Below, one piece after another: positions 18,355 to 28,204 of a stretch of 64,000 nucleotides of DNA. Position 1 is the first letter of the stretch, and each line of letters starts with the position of its first letter. This DNA is from Fibrobacteria bacterium (GTDB lineage Bacteria; Fibrobacterota; Fibrobacteria; UBA11236), in the NCBI GenBank assembly GCA_043732185.1, contig JAYTHY010000074.1, positions 32,001 to 96,000 on the forward strand, given 5' to 3'. The translations under genes and the position numbers were made by a program. Below the pieces are notes generated by a model, which worked only from the letters and a program-made list of their open reading frames with translations, had not been told where the DNA came from and did no database searches.

Positions 18355-21051
18355 TTACTTCTTAATTGCCAGTGCAGCGGCCTTGGGCAGAGTAGCCGGA
18401 TGAATCCGGCGACGGTCCCACCAAACTACAAACGGGCAGGCCACGGCGATAGTGGAATAGGTGCCTACTACGACGCCGATAACCATCGCGATGCTGAAGT
18501 CACGAACCGACGAGGCGCCCATGATGGAGAGAACCAGCACGGTGAAGAGCACAGTTAAATGGGTGATTATACTTCGGCTCAAGCATTGGTTATTGGCATT
18601 GTTTACGCGGGTTGCAAAACTTTCCTTTGAGCTTGCCACGCCGGTCAGTTCCCGGATCCTATCGAAGATAACGATGGAATCATTCAAGGAATACCCGATA
18701 ATGGTCAAGATAGCGGCCACAAAGTCCAAGGAGATTTCCATCCCAAATAAGGCGAACAAACCGAGCGTGATTATACTGTCATGGATAAGTCCCAACACGC
18801 CGCCTACGCCAAAGCCGAGTCCATTTCGCCCAAAGCGGAACCAGATATACAGCACGATAAGAACCAACGCGGCCAGAATAGACATGATGGCGGAACGCCG
18901 CAAATCCTTGCCAACCGAGGGCCCAACAGTATCTTCGCCTTCAATAGTGGCGCCGATAACGGCTTTCTCAACCAGAGCTTTGGTTTTAGCATCTTCACCG
19001 GTTTTGGGTAGGAAGATAAGCAGGCGATTTTCGTTTTGACTTCCTAGAGTCTGAACGCGTGGATCTTCAAGGCCAGCAGCCTCGATTTCCTTACGCACTT
19101 TTTCGATATCTGGCAGTTGCTCGAATTTAACGCGATAGACATTTCCACCGGTAAAGTCGATGCCGAAGTGCAAGCCTCTAACCGCAACGGCACCCAAAGC
19201 CAAGGCGAACACGGCGATGGACAAGCCCACATAATACCGGGCCCAGGGAATAACTTTGATGTCTACAGTATGAAACCAGGTAATGCCTTTTCCGATGGAC
19301 AAAACCTTTATATCGCGACGAGCCAAGATGTAATCGAATACTAAGCGCGACACTCCGATTGCCGTATATAAGGAGGCGGAAATACCCACCATCAAGGTTA
19401 GCCCGAAGCCTTTAATAGGACCAATGCCGATGTAGTAGAGAATTGCCGCGGTACCCAAAGTGGTCACGTTGGAATCGAAAATGGCACTGAAGGCTTTCTT
19501 ATAGCCTGCATCAATGGCAGCCCGCACGCTGCGACCGTTGCGAAGTTCTTCACGAATACGCTCAAAGATCAGTACGTTAGAATCCACAGCCATACCAATG
19601 GTGAGCACTATACCGGCAATGCCAGGCAAGGTCAACGTGGCATGAAAGGCGCTTAAAACTGCAAAGAGCAGAATCATGTTTAAAAAGAGAGCCAAGTCCG
19701 CGATGAGACCCGCGCCCTTATAATAGAAGGCCATGAAAGCCGCAACGAGCGCCAAAGCCACGACGGCGGCCAAGAGTCCCTTTTTAATATTGTCTTCACC
19801 CAAGGTAGGGCCTACAGAACGCAATTCAGCGATTTGCATCGGGGCCGGCAAGGAACCGGCACGCAAGGTCACGGACAATTGCTTGGCTTCCTTCATGTCG
19901 CCAATTCCAGTGATGGATGCACGCCCATTGGGAATACGTCCTTGAATAACAGGGGCGGAATACACCACAGAGTCCAGGACAATGGCCAGCTGACGGCCGA
20001 TATTGGCTCCTGTCACTCGGCCAAACTCCTTAGGACCCAACCCTTTAAAAGTTAGGCTGACTTCGGTTTCTCCAGCGTTCATTCCGCCGGAAAGCCTTTG
20101 GGGACGGGCATCGGCAATGGTTGCACCGGTCATTTCCGGACGGCGCTTTAGCAAATACAAGCGCCGGGTTTTACCCCCGCCTTGCTGCACTTCAACATCG
20201 CGTCCCCAGAGGAATTGATAACGCGCGGGGATGAGTTGCTGCACTTCCGGATCTTCCAAAATACGCTTAGCCTTATCGACATTCTCGGCCTTGACCGCAA
20301 TATCGCGGCCCATGCTAACTAAGAGTGAGCCAAAGGGGCGGTTCTTAAAAAATTCGGAGGCGGTTTCGCTGGTATCAGCAGCGGAATCGGTTTTTTTCAA
20401 GCTGTCATTGGCAGCAACTTTCGTGGTGTCTTTGGCCCCTATAGCACTGACCGATTTTGTGGAATCCGTAGCCATAACACGGCCGAACATATCAGCAACG
20501 GCTCGGGATGTATCACTAGCCTGTTTCGTGCCTGCCATAGGCTTGCCACCGGAGCGGCGATTGAGGAATCCGTCGATTTTATCCAGAACGGGTTTGAACT
20601 CCGTCGCTTCAGGAACCAATTTGAATTCAAGCAGCGCTGTGGCACCGATGAGTCTACGCGCATCCTCTGCGCCCATACCTGCCAAATCTGCTACAATGCG
20701 GTTTTCACCGGAACGGGTGATCATGGGCTCGCTCAATCCGTATTGATCGACGCGATTTCGGAGAATCTCCAAAGAACGATCCATCACGTCCTTCTGGGCA
20801 TCCTTATCCAGTTTATCCTTCTGCACTTCTACAATAATATGCGTACCGCCCGCTAAGTCCAGGCCTAGGTTGATAGCCTTGGCGGCCATTTCCGGATGTT
20901 CACGCTTATAAATTTCCCGAGTGCGCTGTTCCAGGGGTAGGTTGGCGTCATTCTTCTTAGAAAAGACCATCAAGGTCGGGAAGAGACTAATGCCACACAA
21001 TACCAGAACAACGATCAGCAATACGGTACGAAAACCTGTTTCCCTTTTCAT
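18355..21051 (-). CDS. secDF: Fused protein translocase subunit SecDF
   Basis: LGLDLAGG, LAIVLD, LRAGSLPAP, TLPGIAGIVLTIGMAVDSNVLIFERIREE, GIDFTGG, GYSLNDSIVIFDRIRE. Confidence 0.97.
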   Translation of the reverse strand: MKRETGFRTVLLIVVLVLCGISLFPTLMVFSKKNDANLPLEQRTREIYKREHPEMAAKAINLGLDLAGGTHIIVEVQKDKLDKDAQKDVMDRSLEILRNRVDQYGLSEPMITRSGENRIVADLAGMGAEDARRLIGATALLEFKLVPEATEFKPVLDKIDGFLNRRSGGKPMAGTKQASDTSRAVADMFGRVMATDSTKSVSAIGAKDTTKVAANDSLKKTDSAADTSETASEFFKNRPFGSLLVSMGRDIAVKAENVDKAKRILEDPEVQQLIPARYQFLWGRDVEVQQGGGKTRRLYLLKRRPEMTGATIADARPQRLSGGMNAGETEVSLTFKGLGPKEFGRVTGANIGRQLAIVLDSVVYSAPVIQGRIPNGRASITGIGDMKEAKQLSVTLRAGSLPAPMQIAELRSVGPTLGEDNIKKGLLAAVVALALVAAFMAFYYKGAGLIADLALFLNMILLFAVLSAFHATLTLPGIAGIVLTIGMAVDSNVLIFERIREELRNGRSVRAAIDAGYKKAFSAIFDSNVTTLGTAAILYYIGIGPIKGFGLTLMVGISASLYTAIGVSRLVFDYILARRDIKVLSIGKGITWFHTVDIKVIPWARYYVGLSIAVFALALGAVAVRGLHFGIDFTGGNVYRVKFEQLPDIEKVRKEIEAAGLEDPRVQTLGSQNENRLLIFLPKTGEDAKTKALVEKAVIGATIEGEDTVGPSVGKDLRRSAIMSILAALVLIVLYIWFRFGRNGLGFGVGGVLGLIHDSIITLGLFALFGMEISLDFVAAILTIIGYSLNDSIVIFDRIRELTGVASSKESFATRVNNANNQCLSRSIITHLTVLFTVLVLSIMGASSVRDFSIAMVIGVVVGTYSTIAVACPFVVWWDRRRIHPATLPKAAALAIKK

Positions 21052-21225
21052 TAGGCTACTGATTCCTTCATCTCAAAACCGTTGAAAAAATCAACCATCC
21101 CGGGAAGATCTTCCTGGGCTAAGTGGTTGAAAAACCGGCAGGAATATAGAAAAGACATCCCTATTTGCCAGTCATCTTGAGCAATGGATTGGGGTTGGGC
21201 TGGAACAGAGCCTTTCGGCTTGTAC

Positions 21226-22068
21226 TCAGGTGAGCTTTTGTCGGTAGGACTGGAGCAGAAACTCAAATTCCGGATTTCGGCGTAAAAGATCCAGATCCGG
21301 ATCTTGGAGCAGCCAGTCAAAATCGGAGAATCCTTTGCACAACGCCATGGTTATGGCTGCTAAAGCCTGTTCCCGTTTGGATTGCAGAGAATAATAACAG
21401 GCGAGGTCGTAGTAGGCGGCCGTGCATTCTGGATCCAGTAAGATGGCCCGTTTACAGGCGACAACACTTTCTTCCATGTCACCGGGCTTTTTAAGGAGGG
21501 AACCAAGCAAAATAAAAGCCGGGGCAAACCGGGGATTCAGTGTCAAACTGCGGCGGCAATGAAATTCGGATTGAGAAAAATGCTGCAAACTTTTATACAC
21601 ACCGGCCAGACAGTAATGGGTTTCAAAGGTATCCAAACCGCTGTTCAACGCCAGCGACAGGCATTCCACAGCATCCTCATACAGATACGCATCCGCGAAT
21701 TCAAGTCCCCGATCAAATAACCACTTGGCTTCCGGGGCATCCGGGACGGGCGCACCCGCACTATTTGACGGAAGAAATTTTTCCAAAATGTTCATTGCCG
21801 CAGAAATCTTTCCCGCCTGGAAAAGAAGATCGGAAAGCTCCTGATAGAGCGCCCTATCCTCCCCGGAAGATTTGATTCTCTCCCTGAGAGCTCCGACTTG
21901 GTCCTTTAAGCAATCGTCCATAAACCCCGGCTTATGCCCTGTTTTCGGTTTGGGTCTAATCTCAAATAAAATATAGTGCGGGTAGGCGGGTACCGGGCGA
22001 CAAAAGTCGAAAAAGGCACTTTTTCTTAATTCAGCCCTAATTCCATTAGATTCACAAATAATTGACAA
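21226..22068 (-). CDS. TPR-repeat protein with C-terminal 'YNLAC/DPDL' TPR end motif; start uncertain
   Basis: Helical TPR repeats; 'AYYDLACYYSL...A...GF.D...L.QDPDLD.LR..PEF'. Confidence 0.75.
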   Translation of the reverse strand: MSIICESNGIRAELRKSAFFDFCRPVPAYPHYILFEIRPKPKTGHKPGFMDDCLKDQVGALRERIKSSGEDRALYQELSDLLFQAGKISAAMNILEKFLPSNSAGAPVPDAPEAKWLFDRGLEFADAYLYEDAVECLSLALNSGLDTFETHYCLAGVYKSLQHFSQSEFHCRRSLTLNPRFAPAFILLGSLLKKPGDMEESVVACKRAILLDPECTAAYYDLACYYSLQSKREQALAAITMALCKGFSDFDWLLQDPDLDLLRRNPEFEFLLQSYRQKLT

Positions 22069-22077
22069 AAAAAGAAT

Positions 22078-22104
22078 TAAAGTCGACTCGAAATATGCCG
22101 ATAT
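22078..22104 (+). promoter_or_regulatory. Sigma-28 (FliA) promoter
   Basis: TAAA-N15-GCCGATAT, matching the consensus, followed by an AGGAG RBS and ATG 22122. Confidence 0.8.
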
Positions 22105-22121
22105 ACTAAGCAGGAGTAGAC

Positions 22122-22502
22122 ATGAGTATGGTCGTCAACCCAGTCACCCGAAGCCTTAACCTCCCTCCTTCGCCAGTTGTGCCATCGGACACGGTGGGGG
22201 CAGATGAAGTCGCGGCAAAAGCAGTAGAAACCACCAAAGTGACCGCTGCACCTGAGTCTGGGAATCCAGCCCCTCACGGTGGCACTTCGGGTCAACCTGG
22301 CCTGGGTGATCATGTCGATGTATACGCTGCAGAGGCTGCAAAAATATCCGCGGAGAAAATCACACAAAGCCTGCTTGGAAAAGAGGGCGAGACCCCCAAA
22401 GGCATTGAACCCCCATCCAAGGAAGATTTTCCGTTCTTAACGCTTCTGGGTGATTCCACCCCACATAAAACTCCTGGCCACGTAATCGATACGACTGTTT
22501 AA
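22122..22502 (+). CDS. Small low-complexity protein with YjfB-like 'G..[IV]D' motifs; putative late flagellar gene
   Basis: RBS AGGAG; motifs PGLGDHVDVYA and PGHVIDTTV; sigma-28 promoter upstream. Confidence 0.65.
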   Translation: MSMVVNPVTRSLNLPPSPVVPSDTVGADEVAAKAVETTKVTAAPESGNPAPHGGTSGQPGLGDHVDVYAAEAAKISAEKITQSLLGKEGETPKGIEPPSKEDFPFLTLLGDSTPHKTPGHVIDTTV

Positions 22503-22546
22503 TATTTTGGTATCCTGAAGTCCACTCTATTGGTATCATCAGGGCT

Positions 22547-23371
22547 ATGCCATGGAAACGCCTGAAAAGGAGTCTTTTCCGTTTAATCGGTTCTAAAGGA
22601 TACCAGGCTGTTCATGCGGGTTACTTTTTTGCGCGCATGTTTCGGGCCTTGCGAATGCCCCAATATGCTCAAGGCTTTTTCGGAGCGGACTTGCTTGCGT
22701 TCGCCGCGCGCCTCAAACCCGGTGACCGCGTACTCGATATAGGTGCCTTTTTGGGCGCCTCGACCGTACTGTTTGCCAATGCTGTAGGGAAATCCGGCCT
22801 GGTTCTGGCTTTTGAGCCCGTTCACGGTAAGTTGTTAAAAAGGGTTTTGTTCCCCTTCCGACTTCGACAGGTTTCACTTCAACCCATTGGCGTCGGGGCG
22901 GAAAATATTTCCACCGATTTTTTGATACCCATTTATTTTGGTGTGCCGCTTTATTCGCAATCCGGATTTTCCAATTCCTACGCTGCCGAAAATATCGGTC
23001 CCGGATATTCCTTCCAAAAACGCAGGGTGGAAATTATCCGTCTCGATGATTTTTTAGCGCGCCAGAACCTGGCTCCCGAGTCCATAGCCGCAGTAAAAAT
23101 CGATGTGGAAGGATCGGAAATGTCCCTATTTGCCGGAGGGGAAAACTTCTTCCAACGATTCCAAGGATTGCTTCTATGCGAATTCTGGTTCAATCAAGTT
23201 CCGCCTCCGGGTTGGACCTGGCTTCGTGAACAAGGGTATCTTTGCCGTTACCTTGGTAAAAACGGACAATGGCTGCCTGCCAATACCTCAGATGAAATGC
23301 GGGAGATTTGCCACGGGGAAACGTATGGTAATTTCTTTTTTAGTTCAAGGCATGGGCATTTCTTCGCCTAA
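22547..23371 (+). CDS. FkbM family methyltransferase
   Basis: VLDIGAFLG, VLAFEP, RLDD, KIDVEGSE. Confidence 0.85.
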   Translation: MPWKRLKRSLFRLIGSKGYQAVHAGYFFARMFRALRMPQYAQGFFGADLLAFAARLKPGDRVLDIGAFLGASTVLFANAVGKSGLVLAFEPVHGKLLKRVLFPFRLRQVSLQPIGVGAENISTDFLIPIYFGVPLYSQSGFSNSYAAENIGPGYSFQKRRVEIIRLDDFLARQNLAPESIAAVKIDVEGSEMSLFAGGENFFQRFQGLLLCEFWFNQVPPPGWTWLREQGYLCRYLGKNGQWLPANTSDEMREICHGETYGNFFFSSRHGHFFA

Positions 23372-23854
23372 TCGGTAGAGCCACAGGGTGAGCTTGCCTA
23401 ATCGAGCCAAACTTTTGGCATCTTGAAGACCAATACCATCCGTGCAGGAAAAACAATTCTTGCAATCCAGCGACAAGGAATCGGTCTTAACTGAAAAAGC
23501 GTACCCATCGTTCTTGAGGCAAGTAAAATGCTGCACGCCCTTCCAACGCTGCGTGAGCGATAATAGGAGCTGAGCAGTATCTTTCTGCGTTGGAGAAAAG
23601 GCTTTTTTGTGTATGGCTCTTTCAAAGCCATTTTCTGTTTCCAGTTGGCTTTCGACCCCCATTCCGATCTTGCTGGATTCGATTTTCAAGACGCCAACGG
23701 AGTCCAAAGTGAATGCCATCAGGCGTTCCACGGTATCAGCTGAGCGCATCGCGTAGGCTACTTTAGCCTGTTCGGCGGCCAAAACCCGGCGAGCTGGGAA
23801 AGGCAAGGTCAAAAAACCTAACCCCAATAAAAAGAAAGCTCGTTTCAGGGGCAA
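23345..23854 (-). CDS. Hypothetical exported protein (Cys cluster C..DG...C..CFSC)
   Basis: Signal-like N-terminus; 169-aa ORF. Confidence 0.55.
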   Translation of the reverse strand: MPLKRAFFLLGLGFLTLPFPARRVLAAEQAKVAYAMRSADTVERLMAFTLDSVGVLKIESSKIGMGVESQLETENGFERAIHKKAFSPTQKDTAQLLLSLTQRWKGVQHFTCLKNDGYAFSVKTDSLSLDCKNCFSCTDGIGLQDAKSLARLGKLTLWLYRLGEEMPMP

Positions 23855-23924
23855 AGGGCCTCGCCTTGTTTAAACAAAAAGTTGAGAACAAGTTAGTTCA
23901 GTTGTCGGAAGGGCACTACCAGGA

Positions 23925-23940
23925 GGTGATAAGCATCACA
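23925..23940. promoter_or_regulatory. CRP/FNR-like palindromic site
   Basis: GGTGA-TAAGCA-TCACA (GTGAT-N4-ATCAC palindrome) upstream of a TTGACA at 23988-23993. Confidence 0.4.
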
Positions 23941-24047
23941 TGCTTTTTAGGGCGTAAAGAGGGATTGTATTGTTTCGATTTGCCGAGTTGACAGAAACGC
24001 TGGAAAATGGTGTATTTACGGGATATCTTCGCAAGGAATTTTTCAGC

Positions 24048-25091
24048 ATGACCTTTAGTATTCGCCTTTCAAATATCGCCTCCGTGACTGTTTTAACTTT
24101 ATCCGTTTTACCCCGCATGACCTCGGCAGGAAATCTGGATGGCATTATCAAAGCCTTTGAAAACAACCGAGAATATGTGAAACCATTCGCTACACTTTTT
24201 GGGTCCATGACCAACTCCGGTTGGTATCAAAGCTCTGCCGTACCCGCAGGTTTTGGATTCTATCTGGGATTGCCGATTAATGTGACGGGGCTGTCCGATC
24301 AGGACCGTTCCTTTTCCTGGACGGCCGAAGACCCAGGTTGCAAGCTCTATCATACCGACAATCCAACCGGTAAACAAACTTGTAAGGAAAGCTCCACCTA
24401 TGATGCGCCCACGATCTTTGGACGTAAAAATGGGCCAATAACTTATTCCTCTGACTACAGTCCCATCAGCAAAACCATTTTTGACTCCACCGAAACCCCC
24501 TTGAGCGACGGCAAGCAAGAGTTGTCCAGTTTCAACTGGTTGCCGTTTGTAGAACCGCAGTTAAGTTTTTCATTCAAATACACGGAAATCAAGTTGCGGT
24601 ATATCGGCTTGCCTTTGGACGCCTATGCCTTTTCCATGCCCGGCCTTGGCATTCAACATGACTTGGCTTCATTCTTGCCTCCGCTTCCTTATCCCCTCAC
24701 CTTTTCCGTGGCCGCCAATTTCACCTGGCTTTCGGCATCCTGGAAACCGGGCGGAAATATTTCCGGCACAATGGACTTGACCGGACAATCCCAATTCTTT
24801 GGCGTCTTAGCGGGCTATACCTATAAAAAATGGCTCGAGGTCTTTTTGGAAACGGGCTGGGAAAGCGCCAGTTTGAAAAGCGGTGGATCGCTGATTATTC
24901 ATGACAACAGCACCACCAACCCGCAGCCGGATGAATCCGTTAAACCGAATCTCAACCTGGACGGTCGTAATGGCTTCCGTCTCAATCTCAATGTGGCTTT
25001 TCACCTAGGCTATGATGCCGTATTCGGTCAAAATATGGGCGCTCAATTTGGAAATCAAATCGGCCTGCTCGCTTATCGTTATAAGAAATAG
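24048..25091 (+). CDS. Outer-membrane beta-barrel protein, DUF6588-like
   Basis: 'YVKPFATLFGS..NSGWYQS', 'APTIFG', 'TEIKLRY', 'GLGIQHD', amphipathic strands. Confidence 0.65.
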   Translation: MTFSIRLSNIASVTVLTLSVLPRMTSAGNLDGIIKAFENNREYVKPFATLFGSMTNSGWYQSSAVPAGFGFYLGLPINVTGLSDQDRSFSWTAEDPGCKLYHTDNPTGKQTCKESSTYDAPTIFGRKNGPITYSSDYSPISKTIFDSTETPLSDGKQELSSFNWLPFVEPQLSFSFKYTEIKLRYIGLPLDAYAFSMPGLGIQHDLASFLPPLPYPLTFSVAANFTWLSASWKPGGNISGTMDLTGQSQFFGVLAGYTYKKWLEVFLETGWESASLKSGGSLIIHDNSTTNPQPDESVKPNLNLDGRNGFRLNLNVAFHLGYDAVFGQNMGAQFGNQIGLLAYRYKK

Positions 25092-25124
25092 GACTATTGG
25101 TATACCCTAAACAAGGAAACGACT

Positions 25125-25766
25125 ATGACTGCACTGAACCGGAACAAAACAACTGCGCGACTTGCCCTATATGCCTTCACCGCCATTGCGATTTTAGGTC
25201 TGGGAGCCTGTGCGATTCAAGAAGGTACGGATCCCAACATTAGCGGCGGCCTAGTGGTGGCTGTTAGCGACACGTCTTCCATCAATTTGACATTCGACAA
25301 TCTCGCGATGCAAACGTATTCCGATTCCGGCGAATTCAATCTGGATGATATCCGTGCCCGGCTGAAGGACAAAGGCATCAACCCGGACTCGGTTACAATC
25401 ACTGGCCTCAAAGTGACCTATGACGCCACCACTTCTGAATTCCTTACAGCCAATAGCGGTGTGCGTTATTACTTGGAAATTTTTACTCGGGATGGAATTG
25501 CCGGCCAAAAATTGCTCACTCTTCAAACCGGTAAGGATAGTGTAGGCACCTTAAAAGCCTTGAGCTTCGATCCTAAAATGGTCTTATTCGAATTGGAGAA
25601 ACAGATTTTCCCGGCCGAAGCGGGTTACCCTGCAGTGAAGGCCGCCATTAAGGATGTCAATAAACACAGCCTCAAAGTTATTGCCGAATTGACCTTGTTG
25701 GAAACCCTTAAAACCAAGGGCATGCTTAAGCTTAATCTCGTTGTAACCGTGGCCGGTAAAGTTTAA
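25125..25766 (+). CDS. Lipoprotein of unknown function
   Basis: Lipobox LGLGAC; AAGGA RBS; directly follows the beta-barrel gene. Confidence 0.7.
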   Translation: MTALNRNKTTARLALYAFTAIAILGLGACAIQEGTDPNISGGLVVAVSDTSSINLTFDNLAMQTYSDSGEFNLDDIRARLKDKGINPDSVTITGLKVTYDATTSEFLTANSGVRYYLEIFTRDGIAGQKLLTLQTGKDSVGTLKALSFDPKMVLFELEKQIFPAEAGYPAVKAAIKDVNKHSLKVIAELTLLETLKTKGMLKLNLVVTVAGKV

Positions 25767-25794
25767 CCCACTTGGATTGGAATAAAGCTTTTAT

Positions 25795-26388
25795 TTAGCG
25801 ACGATTGAAGAGGTCTGCTTCGCTCTGGAATCTTCGCCAGTCCGACTCCAATAGGGCGTAGTGGTATTCATCGCACCATTCGCCTTTGACAAAACAATTG
25901 TGGACCATGTGGCCTTCGCGCCGCATGCCCAACCGTTCCATCAACTTCCATGACGCCTGATTGCGAATGTCAGAAACCGCCCAGATGCGGTAGGCTCCGA
26001 GCTTCCATAGGTATTCGATCAATCCCGTCACCGACTCTTGACCATAGCCTACGCCATGAAATGCGACATTGAAATGAAATCCGATTTCCGCTTGCCGCTG
26101 GACAGCATCATTGATCCTAAAGGAAATATTACCTATCACCTTGCCACTGGATTTTTCTCCTGGCTTCAGCACTACCGCAAACTCATTCCAAACCTCAAAA
26201 GTGCCGGGAAGCACCGCGGATTGGATTTCCAAATCGTCCCGAGTCTCTTCAAACGTAAACGCATTCCAGAATTCATATTTCGCAACTTCGGGTTCGGATA
26301 GGATTTCGAAGGCATCCTGCAAATCACTGGCCAAAAAACGGCGGATGAGAAGGCGAGGCGTTTCATACACTACTTCAATTTGGCTCAT
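25795..26388 (-). CDS. GNAT (RimJ/RimL-type) acetyltransferase
   Basis: ETPRLLIRRF, AEIGF, HGVGYGQE, NQASWKLMERLGMRREG, GEWCDEYHYALL. Confidence 0.88.
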   Translation of the reverse strand: MSQIEVVYETPRLLIRRFLASDLQDAFEILSEPEVAKYEFWNAFTFEETRDDLEIQSAVLPGTFEVWNEFAVVLKPGEKSSGKVIGNISFRINDAVQRQAEIGFHFNVAFHGVGYGQESVTGLIEYLWKLGAYRIWAVSDIRNQASWKLMERLGMRREGHMVHNCFVKGEWCDEYHYALLESDWRRFQSEADLFNRR

Positions 26389-26471
26389 GAGGTTAGTTTA
26401 AATAGAAAACAGAAAATCGGAAAGGGGCATGCCCTGCCTTTCCAATGACATAGCACCTCCTAGGAATCCAA

Positions 26472-27041
26472 ATGAAAATTACCGATAGTGGCATGCCCCC
26501 TGAAGACTTGTGGTCGAGTTTTTTTTCACCGCAAGAAATCCTCATAAAATTGGGCGCGGCCTCAAATATGGCTCGCTTTGTTGATTTAGGCTGCGGCTAC
26601 GGTACGTTTGCGATTCCGGCAGCCAAAATGTTTTCAGATTCTGAAATCATCGCGATGGATATCGAAAATGAAATGATTGAAACGGTGACACGAAAAGCGC
26701 AGATGGAAAATGTGTCGAACCTAGTGGCCGTGCGTCGTGATTTTATTGCCGTGGGCACTGGGTTGGAGGATCAAAGTGTGGATTATGTTATGCTTTTCAA
26801 TATTCTACATGCAGAAAATCCAATCAAGATTCTTGCCGAAGCCTTTCGCATTCTCAAAAAAGGGGCTAAAGCCGGAATCATCCATTGGATCCATGACAGC
26901 AGCACACCGCGCGGACCTGCACTGAAAATTAGGCCCAAGCCGGAACAATGCCAAACTTGGGCCATAGAGGCCGGATTTAAAATAATCGACGAGAATGTTT
27001 CTCTGCCGCCCTATCATTACGGCATGCAGATCGCTAGTTGA
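26472..27041 (+). CDS. Class I SAM-dependent methyltransferase
   Basis: VDLGCGYGTF, MLFNILHAE, PRGP. Confidence 0.85.
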   Translation: MKITDSGMPPEDLWSSFFSPQEILIKLGAASNMARFVDLGCGYGTFAIPAAKMFSDSEIIAMDIENEMIETVTRKAQMENVSNLVAVRRDFIAVGTGLEDQSVDYVMLFNILHAENPIKILAEAFRILKKGAKAGIIHWIHDSSTPRGPALKIRPKPEQCQTWAIEAGFKIIDENVSLPPYHYGMQIAS

Positions 27042-27062
27042 GCGGGATTTTCGTCAGCCAGA

Positions 27063-28022
27063 TTAAACGCCCACGCCTTCGAAAAGAATACTGGAAATAT
27101 AGCGCTCGCCGGAATCCGGAAGGATGACCACAATGGTCTTGCCGGCATACTTTGGCTGTTGAGCCAAACGCACGGCTACCGCTGCCGCCGCGCCACAGGA
27201 GATGCCCGATAGAATCCCTTCCTCCAAGGTCAGCCTTTTTGCGAATTGAATGGCTTCAGCACTATCCACCTGTTCAACGCGATCCACCATGGATAAATCC
27301 AAATTATCAGGAACAAAGCCAGCGCCAATACCCTGGATTTTATGAGGCCCCGGTTTTATTTCTTCCCCGGCAAGTTTTTGGGAAATCACGGGGCTTTCTT
27401 TGGGTTCAACGGCGATGGACTCGATGGCCCTTCCCTTGTTTTTTTTGATGAAGCGCGATATTCCCGATAGCGTTCCACCCGTTCCGACTCCCGAGACCAG
27501 TACATCGATTTTGCCTTCCGTATCGTTCCAAATTTCCGGACCTGTGGTGGCTTCATGAATGGCCGGATTTGCTGGATTTTTAAATTGCTGAGGCATGTAA
27601 TACTCGTGCGGAGCAGCGGCAGCCATTTCTTCAGCGCGTTTTATCGCGCCCTTCATGCCTTCTGCGCCCGGAGTCAGTACTAGAGTTGCTCCAAAAGCCG
27701 CAAGTACCCGGCGTCTTTCCAAGCTCATGGTTTCTGGCATGGTTAACGTCAACGCATATCCGCGGGCCGCGGCCACAAAGGCCAATGCAATCCCTGTATT
27801 GCCGCTGGTGGGTTCAAGTATTTTTGTTCCAGGTTTGATCAGCCCACGTTTTTCTGCATCATTGATCATGGCTACACCAATACGGCACTTTACGGAATAG
27901 GCTGGATTGCGTCCTTCAATTTTGGCCAGCACAATCGCCTGACTGTTTCCTACAATGCGATTGAGTTTGATAAGCGGCGTATGCCCAATTGACTCGGAGT
28001 TGTCTTTAAAAATGTTTGTCAT
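27063..28022 (-). CDS. cysK: Cysteine synthase A
   Basis: [10 protein letters not shown] (PLP Lys), [33 protein letters not shown]. Confidence 0.97.
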   Translation of the reverse strand: MTNIFKDNSESIGHTPLIKLNRIVGNSQAIVLAKIEGRNPAYSVKCRIGVAMINDAEKRGLIKPGTKILEPTSGNTGIALAFVAAARGYALTLTMPETMSLERRRVLAAFGATLVLTPGAEGMKGAIKRAEEMAAAAPHEYYMPQQFKNPANPAIHEATTGPEIWNDTEGKIDVLVSGVGTGGTLSGISRFIKKNKGRAIESIAVEPKESPVISQKLAGEEIKPGPHKIQGIGAGFVPDNLDLSMVDRVEQVDSAEAIQFAKRLTLEEGILSGISCGAAAAVAVRLAQQPKYAGKTIVVILPDSGERYISSILFEGVGV

Positions 28023-28204
28023 GGTGCGTCCTTATGAAAATTTTTGCGCGTGGTATCCTGTTAGGAATGTGCTTTTTTCCCCGATTTCTGGCAACACTTC
28101 AATATTCAAATGCGTCCGTCCACAAGCAAAACTTCGTTGCATATCGATGGCTGAGGAAGTAGGATAAGAATCAGTTGGCATTGGTATCAAGAATGGGGTT
28201 TCAA

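Noticed and set aside
21051..21320. ORF whose stop overlaps the secDF start (TAATG), considered as an arrest/leader peptide like VemP or ApdA/ApdP
   Set aside because: No signal or TM segment and no RAPP-like motif; it overlaps the TPR gene and contains the likely secDF promoter and RBS, so it is probably just the 5' region
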